NCBI GenBank assembly: GCA_030429505.1
Contig: JAUIFI010000001.1
Coordinates: 630,001-662,000 of the forward strand
DNA length: 32,000 nucleotides
Direction: 5' to 3'
Source: Candidatus Saccharimonadota bacterium
GTDB taxonomy: Bacteria; Patescibacteriota; Gracilibacteria; UBA4473
The translations under genes and the position numbers were made by a program. Shown here one piece after another: positions 17,044 through 24,921 of this stretch; position 1 is the first letter of the stretch, and each line of letters starts with the position of its first letter. The notes beneath the pieces are model-generated. The model had not been told where the DNA came from. It did not search any database and was given only the letters and a program-made list of their open reading frames with translations.

Positions 17044-18384
17044 ATGAAAAATACTGCCCGAAACGTCATCCGACACATCCAGTCACAGGGCTATAAAGCA
17101 TATTGGGTCGGAGGATGCGTCAGAGACATGCTACTTCATAAAAAACCTCAAGATTACGACATTGTTACCGATGCTTCGCCAGAAGTCATCGAAAAACTTT
17201 TTGAAAAAACCTACGATATCGGGAAAAAGTTTGGCATCATCCATATCCACGAAAAAGGACATGAATTTGAAATCGCCACCTTTCGTTCAGATAGCGGCTA
17301 CAGCGATGGACGCAGACCTGACGCAATACTTTTCAGTAACCCAGAACAAGACGCCAAACGCCGAGACTTCACCATCAACGGAATATTCTACGATCCTATA
17401 GAAAAACAATACCATGACTTTATCAAAGGCATATCAGATCTCCGTCGAGGACTACTTCGCTTCATCGGTAACCCTGACCAAAGAATCAAAGAAGATCATC
17501 TAAGAGTTCTCCGCGCAATAAGATTTAAAAATCGTTTCAACCTCACCTATGAAAAAGACACCAAAAAAGCCCTCAAAAAACACGGATCTCTTATTATTAA
17601 CGTAAGTGGAGAAAGAATTCGAGATGAATTGAATAAAATTATTGTTCACAAAGACAGATACAAAGCCTTCCAAGACTTAGACAAACTAAAATTAGGACAA
17701 AAAATACTCCCCGAAGTCTGGGCTACCAAAAACATTCCCCAGTCCCGAGACTATCACTCAGAAGGCGACGTCTTTGATCACACTTTGTTGGTACTCAAAA
17801 ACCTTCGCCCCCACCTCCCCACACATACCTACTGGGCAGCCTTATTACACGACATCGGCAAAACTGAAACAATTCAATACCAAGGAAAACGCATCCGTTA
17901 CCCCGACCATCAATATGTCAGCTGCACATTAGGAGAAACACTACTTAAACGACTTTCTTTCTCGAAAAAAGATCAAAAAAACATTCTCTGGATCATCAAA
18001 CACCATCATATCTTCGATAACTGGGATGACATGAAAGAATCAACTCGACTACACTATTATGACCATCCTCTCTTTCTTGATCTCTTGGAAGTACACAGGG
18101 CTGATATATTCGGCTCCAAACCACTTTCCTACCAAACCCGAGACCAACTCCGGCAAAAAATTCTCCATATCCAAGCAGGCTATTACGATGCCCATACAGA
18201 GAAAAAAACACCTTCTCACAACACCGATCTTCTCAGCGGAAACGAAATCATGAAACTCCTTAATATTGAATCCGGATCCAAAGTCGGAGAAATCAAAGAT
18301 CAATTGCGAGAAGAACAACTCCACCAGAACATCACCAACAAAAAAGAAGCCAAAGCTTGGCTCAAAAAAAATATCCAAAACTAA
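17044..18384 (+). CDS. cca: CCA-adding enzyme (tRNA nucleotidyltransferase, PolyA_pol head plus HD domain)
   Basis: YWVGGCVRDMLL...DYDIVTDA head motif and RRDFTINGIFYD. The HD region is ALLHDIGK. Confidence 0.88.
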   Translation: MKNTARNVIRHIQSQGYKAYWVGGCVRDMLLHKKPQDYDIVTDASPEVIEKLFEKTYDIGKKFGIIHIHEKGHEFEIATFRSDSGYSDGRRPDAILFSNPEQDAKRRDFTINGIFYDPIEKQYHDFIKGISDLRRGLLRFIGNPDQRIKEDHLRVLRAIRFKNRFNLTYEKDTKKALKKHGSLIINVSGERIRDELNKIIVHKDRYKAFQDLDKLKLGQKILPEVWATKNIPQSRDYHSEGDVFDHTLLVLKNLRPHLPTHTYWAALLHDIGKTETIQYQGKRIRYPDHQYVSCTLGETLLKRLSFSKKDQKNILWIIKHHHIFDNWDDMKESTRLHYYDHPLFLDLLEVHRADIFGSKPLSYQTRDQLRQKILHIQAGYYDAHTEKKTPSHNTDLLSGNEIMKLLNIESGSKVGEIKDQLREEQLHQNITNKKEAKAWLKKNIQN

Positions 18385-18593
18385 AGACAACAAAAAAGCA
18401 TTGAAAATATACTTTTCTTTAAATTTACTTGCCTTTTTTACCTTATTAAATACTATGATAGGGTAAATCATTTGATATCGTAAGGTTTTTCTGTCCTGAA
18501 GTTCGCTCGTACTCCGCTCTCATCAAGTTCAAGAGATATATCATCACGACTATCACACGGTTTATATTTTTTGTATTTCTTTCGTTTTATCTC

Positions 18594-18881
18594 ATGGATA
18601 AGAAAAAATTGTTTATAGGAAATCTTTCCTATGATATTAGTGATACTGAACTGGCAAACGCTTTCTCACAAGCAGGAACCGTCACATCAGCTCAAGTCAT
18701 CACTGATAAGTTCTCAGGCCGATCAAAAGGATTCGGTTTTGTAGAAATGTCTACCGAAGAAGAAGCTCTCGCCGCTATAGATATGTGGCATGAAAAAGAG
18801 CTTCAAGGCAGAGCCCTCATTGTCAACGTTGCTCGACCAAAAGTCGAACGACCTCGAGAAGGAGGGAGATTTGATTCGTAA
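18594..18881 (+). CDS. RRM-type RNA-binding protein (RNP-1/RNP-2)
   Basis: RNP-2 is LFIGNLSY and RNP-1 is KGFGFVEM. The C-terminal tail is short and basic. 95 aa. Confidence 0.9.
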   Translation: MDKKKLFIGNLSYDISDTELANAFSQAGTVTSAQVITDKFSGRSKGFGFVEMSTEEEALAAIDMWHEKELQGRALIVNVARPKVERPREGGRFDS

Positions 18882-18910
18882 AAAATCTTCAAAAAAACGA
18901 ACATATATCA

Positions 18911-18941
18911 AAAAAAGCAGGGTGAGTACACCTGCTTTTTT
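18911..18941. terminator. Bidirectional intrinsic terminator
   Basis: AAAAAAGCAGGGTG-AGTA-CACCTGCTTTTTT lies between the convergent RRM gene and the 129-aa ORF. Confidence 0.75.
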
Positions 18942-18971
18942 GATACGAATATAAACCCAACAAAACGAAAT

Positions 18972-19361
18972 CTATCCTTTCACACACTTCCAGACAATTA
19001 TGACTTCAATATCAACCCATTTATCACCACCATCACTCCCCTGGGTAACATCATAAAAATCATATCGAACAAATTGTACCTTTTTACAATCTTTCCCTCC
19101 CAGTAATTCACAAAAACCCTTCGCTTTACTATACGCATCAATAACAGCATTGAGAATAGCCATCAGAGCCATAGCTGGCTTCAGCTCTCCCTTATACGTT
19201 ACCTTACCACTCGTCCCCTTCGTCTTAAACTCCATATTACATGGCTGAGAAAAAGGCTTATCCGGAACACCATCTCCTCCATCCAGAAATATATCCGGAT
19301 GTATGCTAACACCGCACATACCATGAGAAAAACCACCACCAGACTGTTTTCCTTGTTTCAT
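18972..19361 (-). CDS. Hypothetical 129-aa protein (Gly/Cys-containing, no recognisable domain)
   Basis: ATG-initiated ORF in a clean slot between the terminator at 18911-18941 and the divergent AbrB promoter region. I recognise no motif. Confidence 0.55.
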   Translation of the reverse strand: MKQGKQSGGGFSHGMCGVSIHPDIFLDGGDGVPDKPFSQPCNMEFKTKGTSGKVTYKGELKPAMALMAILNAVIDAYSKAKGFCELLGGKDCKKVQFVRYDFYDVTQGSDGGDKWVDIEVIIVWKCVKG

Positions 19362-19492
19362 GAGAAAAAAAGTTAAGAATACAATTCAATCCTGAACCTC
19401 TCCTATAGACAAGACAAATGAGCACATCATGTAATTTTAAGGAAAAAGAAAAAAGAGCTTCAGAAAGACTGAACACTCCTTTAAAAAAAAAC

Positions 19493-19520
19493 TTTGCTAC
19501 GTAACATGTTACGTAGCAAA
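19493..19520. promoter_or_regulatory. 28-bp perfect palindrome TTTGCTACGTAACATGTTACGTAGCAAA overlapping the AbrB-like gene promoter (putative operator)
   Basis: The dyad spans a -35-like TTGCTA (19494-19499) and a 17-nt spacer. A -10-like CAAAAT lies at 19517-19522 and the ATG at 19529. It is identical to 3132-3159. Confidence 0.7.
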
Positions 19521-19528
19521 ATAAAGAC

Positions 19529-19687
19529 ATGAAAAAACACATTCGCAAAGTCACCAGAGTCGGAAAACGGAGTTTATGCATTGTCATTCCTGCTGAAATC
19601 ATAGATGAGCTCAGTATTCGGGAGAAGCAAAAGCTCACATTACGGCGGTCGGGGAAGAAGATTATTATCGAGGATTGGATGAAGTAA
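19529..19687 (+). CDS. AbrB/MazE/SpoVT-family DNA-binding protein, 52 aa (below the ORF-track cutoff)
   Basis: My own translation is MKKHIRKVTRVGKRSLCIVIPAEIIDELSIREKQKLTLRRSGKKIIIEDWMK*. The pattern (K.)vGkrSl.v.IPaEi...L.i.e...l.l...g..iiIe is the swapped-hairpin AbrB/SpoVT fold signature. Confidence 0.7.
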   Translation: MKKHIRKVTRVGKRSLCIVIPAEIIDELSIREKQKLTLRRSGKKIIIEDWMK

Positions 19688-19737
19688 TGAAAAACAACCA
19701 ATTGTAAACTCTGCAGGAATCAATACACTTATGTACG

Positions 19738-20259
19738 ATGCCCCCCTCATCTCAAAACAAACAATTCTATAGACAATCAATCGTCATACTGGTCACAAAG
19801 CTCATTATATTAGAAGTGACAATGATTCTATTTACCAAAGCACTTTATTACGGAGCGACAATTCTGAGCAATACTCCAGATTTTGTCGAATGGTTCGCAG
19901 AAGGAAACTCCATCTACTGGACGCTACGATTAATTGAAATCATAGCTATCGTGTGGATAACTTTATTTTGGGCATCAAAACGATACGAAATCACGAGCCA
20001 AAGAGTAGTCGTTACCAAAGGAGTCTTTGTAGACCAAGAAAACGTCTACCTTATGAACAATATAGAAAACGTAAAGCTCTATCGGCCATTTCTGGGAATG
20101 ATATTTGGATATGGAAATATCAAACTCTACGCCCCAACGCTCAATGAATACGTATGCCTAGATTACGTACCCGATGCGAGAAATCTGGCAAAAAGACTAA
20201 CAAAATACGTATCAGCACACAAAAAAAACGTAAACATCATGTCTTCAAAAAGCAAATGA
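19738..20259 (+). CDS. YdbS-like bacterial PH-domain (bPH_2) membrane protein
   Basis: Two N-terminal TM helices are followed by KRYEITSQRVVVTKGVFVDQENVYLMNNIENVKLYRPFLGMIFGYGNIKLY. This is typical of membrane-flanked bPH_2 domains. Confidence 0.75.
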   Translation: MPPSSQNKQFYRQSIVILVTKLIILEVTMILFTKALYYGATILSNTPDFVEWFAEGNSIYWTLRLIEIIAIVWITLFWASKRYEITSQRVVVTKGVFVDQENVYLMNNIENVKLYRPFLGMIFGYGNIKLYAPTLNEYVCLDYVPDARNLAKRLTKYVSAHKKNVNIMSSKSK

Positions 20260-20837
20260 ATGCTCTCATGTCCCTTGCCACCGATTTTGCAAGTTCATGG
20301 CTTACTCTTCATCTTTTTGCCATGGTCCTAGGACTAGGAGGAGCGACATATTCAGATATCTTGCTGGTAAAATTTCTCAAAGACTTCAAAATCTCCCAAA
20401 AAGAAGCCGAAGTCATCCATACCATGTCACAGGTGATCTTAATCGGCATTGTACTCGCCTTTCTCAGCGGCGCTATGCTCTTCCTGCCGAAAGCCACGGA
20501 ACTTCTGCAAACCCCAAAATTCATCGCCAAAAATATCGCCTTTGCCATCATCGTCATCAATGGCTTTTTCTTACACCGCATCGTTCTCCCCAAATTACTC
20601 GACTTCTCCTTTCATAAAGAAAAATATTTGATCAAAAAAATTATTCACCTTCGCCACGCCGGCTTTATCATGGGAGCAATCTCTGCCACCTCATGGTACA
20701 TGGTCTTTTTTATGGGCAGTTTCAAAAATATTCCCCTCTCTCTCACCGAACTTTTGGGAATTTACTTCAGTGTCATGCTCATTGGTATCGGAACCGCTCT
20801 AGGGATAGAAAGAAAAATAAAACAAAACGCAAAGTAA
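20256..20837 (+). CDS. Polytopic membrane protein, unknown function (~5 TM)
   Basis: The start ATG at 20256 overlaps the upstream stop (ATGA). The track ORF's upstream 34 aa (from 20154) is a basic read-through inside the previous gene. Hydrophobic helices run throughout (WLTLHLFAMVLGLGG, VILIGIVLAFLSGAMLF, and others). Confidence 0.65.
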   Translation: MNALMSLATDFASSWLTLHLFAMVLGLGGATYSDILLVKFLKDFKISQKEAEVIHTMSQVILIGIVLAFLSGAMLFLPKATELLQTPKFIAKNIAFAIIVINGFFLHRIVLPKLLDFSFHKEKYLIKKIIHLRHAGFIMGAISATSWYMVFFMGSFKNIPLSLTELLGIYFSVMLIGIGTALGIERKIKQNAK

Positions 20838-20946
20838 AAAACAAAAAAGATAGTTTTTCACCCCATCAATTTTCTAAAAAAAACAAAACTTGCGCTAGAA
20901 AAAAAATGAGCAATAATCGCCTCATCTTTCTTTTTATTTTTATACC

Positions 20947-21075
20947 ATGGAAGATGGATGTGCTTGTGGTTACGGCTGTGAGAAATGTGAAGAATGTGGA
21001 ATGGCTCTGTGCGAATGTACTTGTTATGAAGACCAAGATGAAGATGAGTTCGAAGATGATGAAAAAAACTGGTAA
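20947..21075 (+). CDS. Candidate 42-aa cysteine-rich acidic peptide (8 Cys)
   Basis: My own translation is MEDGCACGYGCEKCEECGMALCECTCYEDQDEDEFEDDEKNW*. It is the only sensible reading of the 257-bp gap. The overlapping track ORFs (20693..21082 plus, 20866..21246 minus) look like junk. A possible promoter is TTGCGC-N16-AATAAT at ~20889-20917. Confidence 0.4.
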   Translation: MEDGCACGYGCEKCEECGMALCECTCYEDQDEDEFEDDEKNW

Positions 21076-21094
21076 AAGATAGACAAAGATCCTC

Positions 21095-22804
21095 CTATCT
21101 TCTCCTTTTTCTTCTTTGTCCATTTCCCCCCCTTCCTCTTTTCTGGTTACGACTTCCTTGAGCTCTCTTACCATTCTCTTGAGCAGGAGTTGCCCGTTCA
21201 ATTCGTATTGGTGAACGACGCTTTTTTTGTGAAGCATGAAAAGCATCTAAAATCACCTCCGCCTCAGCCAAAGGAACTGTGATAAACGAATACGATTCCA
21301 TAATATCAATATCTCCAATCAACTGACGAGAAACACCAAAGTTTTTTTCAATCATATTGAGAATCTGTACTGGATGAGCCCCTGTCTTATATCCGGTAGT
21401 GAGAAAAAGACGTGTGGTTCCCAAATTATTGATAGATCGGTCTTTACTACGATCACCTCGATCTGATCGAGTTTTTCTCGCCTCCTGAAGATTTTTGTAC
21501 GAAGTCTCATCCAAACTAGCTGAAAAACTATATTTAAGGAGAGCTGCTATCACATTTTGTGGCTTTTGACCCTTAAACATCTGAGCTCCCAAATCTTCAT
21601 ATCTTTTGAGGTCATCCGAAGTATGAAGCAAAGTCTCTATATCTCTCATGATTTTTTTCTTCTTGAGATCCACCATCTCCCCAGCATCGGGGAGAGATTG
21701 TTTTTGTATCTCAGCCTTAGCATGATGTCCAAACTGCCTTAATTTTCGATACTCAGATGGAGTGATGAGCGTAATAGCCTTCCCTTCTTTCCCAGCTCGT
21801 CCAGTACGCCCAATACGGTGAACATAAGATTCTGAATCTTGAGGCAATGCGTAATTGATCACATGAGTCAAATCACTCACATCAATCCCCCGAGCAGCCA
21901 CATCAGTGGCGACCAAAACTTCCGTCTTTCGATCACGAAAATTTCTCAAAACTTGCTCTCGCCTGTCCTGCGTAATATCTCCATGAAAAGGTTCAGCTCG
22001 GTACCCTCTTTGATTAAGATGCTGACTAACGTAGTCGCTATCGATCTTTGTACGACAAAAAATAATCCCATAAAAATCCTCTTCCATATCAATAATCCGA
22101 CAGAGTGCCTCAAATTTATGATGTTTAGAAATCTCAAAATAAATCTGATCCACAGAATTATTAGCGATCTGATCAGCTTGTGTTTTGATATTCACCGCAT
22201 TGTTCATGTATTTTTGTGCCAAATCTGCAATGCGCTTGGGCATAGTAGCGGAAAAAAGGAGCATCTGCCGCTCCTTACTCGCATATCCCAAAATATCCTC
22301 AATATCATCGATAAACCCCATATTGAGCATCTCGTCAGCTTCATCTAGAACAAAATATTTGATCTGATCGAGTTTCAGAGTGCCCTTTTTCAGGTGATCT
22401 AATACCCGTCCAGGAGTACCCACAACAATATCGACACCACTCGATAAATGCTTACTCTGCATTCCCCATGACTGTCCTCCATAAATCGGAATGATAGAAA
22501 AATTTTTAGATCCTTTCAGAGAGTCCAACTCTTCGGCAACTTGAACAGCTAGCTCCCGAGTAGGAGCCAAAACTATGGCTTGTGGTACCTTAGATTTTTG
22601 AGGAGTCAGCTTATCAGTAAAAACCAGTCCAAAAGTCGCTGTCTTACCGGTCCCAGTCTGTGCCTGTGCGATAACATCCTGCTGAGACGTGAGAAGCAAA
22701 GGAATCGTTTGAACCTGAATTTCCGTAGGCTCCTCAAAGCCTTTCTCAGAAATAGCTTCCAAAGCACATTGAGACAAACCAAGATCTTGAAATGATTGAT
22801 TCAT
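21095..22804 (-). CDS. deaD: DEAD-box ATP-dependent RNA helicase with DbpA-type RNA-binding domain and R/G-rich tail
   Basis: Q-motif F..LGL......A......EPTEIQ; AQTGTGKT; VLDEADEML; SAT; HRIGRTGRAG. The C-terminal domain is DbpA-like and the tail is RGRGGNGQRRKRRR. Confidence 0.9.
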   Translation of the reverse strand: MNQSFQDLGLSQCALEAISEKGFEEPTEIQVQTIPLLLTSQQDVIAQAQTGTGKTATFGLVFTDKLTPQKSKVPQAIVLAPTRELAVQVAEELDSLKGSKNFSIIPIYGGQSWGMQSKHLSSGVDIVVGTPGRVLDHLKKGTLKLDQIKYFVLDEADEMLNMGFIDDIEDILGYASKERQMLLFSATMPKRIADLAQKYMNNAVNIKTQADQIANNSVDQIYFEISKHHKFEALCRIIDMEEDFYGIIFCRTKIDSDYVSQHLNQRGYRAEPFHGDITQDRREQVLRNFRDRKTEVLVATDVAARGIDVSDLTHVINYALPQDSESYVHRIGRTGRAGKEGKAITLITPSEYRKLRQFGHHAKAEIQKQSLPDAGEMVDLKKKKIMRDIETLLHTSDDLKRYEDLGAQMFKGQKPQNVIAALLKYSFSASLDETSYKNLQEARKTRSDRGDRSKDRSINNLGTTRLFLTTGYKTGAHPVQILNMIEKNFGVSRQLIGDIDIMESYSFITVPLAEAEVILDAFHASQKKRRSPIRIERATPAQENGKRAQGSRNQKRGRGGNGQRRKRRR

Positions 22805-22974
22805 AAATTTTCAGAAAACATAAAACACTAATCTAGTCAAAAAAATAATTTACACAAGAAAAAAGGGAAGAAAACAAGAAAAATATTTTTTTGCTCTCAA
22901 TCCATCATAAAAATACATTTTACAATCACCACACTACTCCCACTAAGTAAAAAATAGAATATCTAAAGAGAAAT

Positions 22975-24198
22975 TTACTCATCATTCTCTGTAAAAGCAA
23001 GTGGACCTACACTATTTTGCATAAAACTACGCTTTGTAGAATGAAAATCAGACGAATCAAAAACAAAATCAGGTCCTTGTCCTCCTTTTTGTTGAAAATT
23101 ATCAAACCAAAAATAAGCTCCTTTAAAATTTCTCTCAAAAGCTGTTTGAAGCATTTCAGAGACAATAGACTCTCCTCCAATATTAGGCTGAATTTCTCCT
23201 AAAACCACATCAACTCCCTCAGGAAGAATACCCGACAAATCACTAATATCATCAATAAGTTTATTCGACATATCAGTATCAGTAACATACCAATGAATCT
23301 GTAAGGTATCACCTGCCTGAAGCATAGGAGCCCAATCCTTCAAGTATCGAATTTTTCCTGTCCCTAAACTAATAGGAAGAGGAACATCTAAACCTCTCAC
23401 CATCTCTATCCCTTCTCGAACAAAATTTTGAACATCTGCTAATTCAGCATGAGTATTGTCCGGTTCATTCAAAATCTCAACAGCCTCTATCCACCTCACA
23501 TCATCTCCTAGCTCACGCAAAGTACGAGCCAAAAGTCGTTGATCAAGATCAATCATCGCTTTTCGTTTCTGGGGATCACTAAAAATATCTTGATGATCAA
23601 AAGAAAGGTCATGATTGTGAAGCGTAACAACTAATTTTGTATTTGTAGCTTTAGCGATTTCTACCAAAGCTTTAAAATCTTGAACAGCCAAAGCTTCATT
23701 CTTGAAACCTATAGGAGAACCGTCAGGACCGTAATCTATACCACTATTAGATTTTGAACCAAGAGTGAGCCAAACCCTCGCCACAGGAACATTTAATTGC
23801 CTAAATTGCTCCAAAATACCCTCATAGTTAGCACGGATTCCATTATTGGTACCAATAGCTTGCTCATACTGTGCTAAATAAAAACTAACACCAGAATTAT
23901 CAAAAAAATCTTTTACCTTTTCTTTTGAGAAAAATTCTGGATTTTGACGAGATTCTAATCTTCGAAATGCCTGGCTTAAAATAAAATTCAATTGTGTTTC
24001 ATCGATTTTGTTTGCAATATCAGAATCTTCATTCTTAGCGACATCAGCAAGAAGTCCTTTTCGAGATACTGCATACTCCTGCATATCAGTTAAGCCCGGT
24101 GCATAATCAGTATTATTTGCGATATCTTCATTAAATGCATCTAAGGAATTCACTCCCATCACTACAAAAGAAAATAAAATCTGTTCATTATACACCAA
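22975..24198 (-). CDS. TIM-barrel glycoside hydrolase, GH5-like
   Basis: The EILNEPD acid/base motif and the later VVLGEIQP are compatible with GH5 architecture. The track start is a TTG. A TTGATC-N16-TATAAT promoter at 24214-24187 overlaps it, so the ATG at 24159 (MGVNS...) may be the true start. Confidence 0.55.
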   Translation of the reverse strand: MVYNEQILFSFVVMGVNSLDAFNEDIANNTDYAPGLTDMQEYAVSRKGLLADVAKNEDSDIANKIDETQLNFILSQAFRRLESRQNPEFFSKEKVKDFFDNSGVSFYLAQYEQAIGTNNGIRANYEGILEQFRQLNVPVARVWLTLGSKSNSGIDYGPDGSPIGFKNEALAVQDFKALVEIAKATNTKLVVTLHNHDLSFDHQDIFSDPQKRKAMIDLDQRLLARTLRELGDDVRWIEAVEILNEPDNTHAELADVQNFVREGIEMVRGLDVPLPISLGTGKIRYLKDWAPMLQAGDTLQIHWYVTDTDMSNKLIDDISDLSGILPEGVDVVLGEIQPNIGGESIVSEMLQTAFERNFKGAYFWFDNFQQKGGQGPDFVFDSSDFHSTKRSFMQNSVGPLAFTENDE

Positions 24199-24230
24199 AA
24201 AGAACTTCGATCAAAAAAATAATTTCCTGC

Positions 24231-24785
24231 CTATCGATTGAATATTTTTCGAAAAAACATTTGAAATAAATATCTAGCTCCAAATACCAAGCCACCCGCC
24301 ACAGCACCTCCTGCATGACCCAAAAGCGAAATCTGAGGAAGAAGACCTATGGCAATATTAATCAATAACCACGTAAAAAGAGTCTTCACAAAAGCCTTTT
24401 GGTGAGCATACATCCCTATAGTAAAAACTATCAATCCCATCATAATTCCAGAAAATCCAAGAGACGGTACCCTCATAAAAGGAAAAGTAATACCTATTAA
24501 AACCAACCAAATCATCAAAACAACTCCTATGTATTGAGTCTTACTCATCCGACTCTCCAACAACGGCGAAATCTGAAAAAACACCGCCATATTCATCAAA
24601 ATATGAAATAATGCCAAATGAGAAAAATGAGATAAAAACGTCCCCACACTCCACATCCCCGGAGTACTGAGCATGAGAGGAAAAGGAATAATTCTCATAT
24701 GAATCAGTAAAAAAATTATTCCATTTAGAGCAAGAATACCTATTGTCACAGGAAACCGACCATAGAAACTTTGAAAAAAAGACAT
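24231..24785 (-). CDS. Rhomboid-family intramembrane serine protease
   Basis: About 6 TM helices. HILMNM (HxxxN), the catalytic GFSGIMMG (GxSG) and LGHAGGAVAGG (catalytic His) are all present. Confidence 0.85.
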   Translation of the reverse strand: MSFFQSFYGRFPVTIGILALNGIIFLLIHMRIIPFPLMLSTPGMWSVGTFLSHFSHLALFHILMNMAVFFQISPLLESRMSKTQYIGVVLMIWLVLIGITFPFMRVPSLGFSGIMMGLIVFTIGMYAHQKAFVKTLFTWLLINIAIGLLPQISLLGHAGGAVAGGLVFGARYLFQMFFRKIFNR

Positions 24786-24885
24786 AATATAAGCAAAAAT
24801 AAGATATCATCTTCAAGAAATTTTACGAATCAATAGCTTTTGGAAACTATCTTCCAAAGTAACAATAAAAAATAAAATAGATGAT

Positions 24886-24914
24886 TTGACAATTGATGAA
24901 AATTAAATTAAAAA
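24886..24914 (+). promoter_or_regulatory. Promoter TTGACA-N17-TAAAAA abutting the kinase start codon
   Basis: The -10 box ends 7 nt before the ATG at 24922. This predicts a leaderless or near-leaderless mRNA. Confidence 0.5.
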
Positions 24915-24921
24915 GAGAAGC

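Noticed and set aside
20150-20215. Three (A/T)TACGTA(T/C) mini-palindromes reminiscent of the TACGTA cores of the 28-bp dyad
   Set aside because: They fall on three Tyr-Val codon pairs (EYV, DYV, KYV) of the bPH_2 protein. Coding constraint explains them, and there is no extended dyad symmetry.
20154-20258. N-terminal 34-aa extension of the track ORF 20154..20837 (MPRLRTRCEKSGKK...)
   Set aside because: It lies entirely inside the bPH_2 gene in another frame and is highly basic and non-hydrophobic. The ATG at 20256 forms an ATGA junction with the upstream stop and begins the hydrophobic protein.
20693-21246. 129-aa plus-strand and 126-aa minus-strand ORFs spanning the gap before the helicase gene
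   Set aside because: They overlap the 3' ends of well-supported genes in other frames and look like low-complexity junk. The 42-aa Cys-rich frame is the more plausible reading of the gap.
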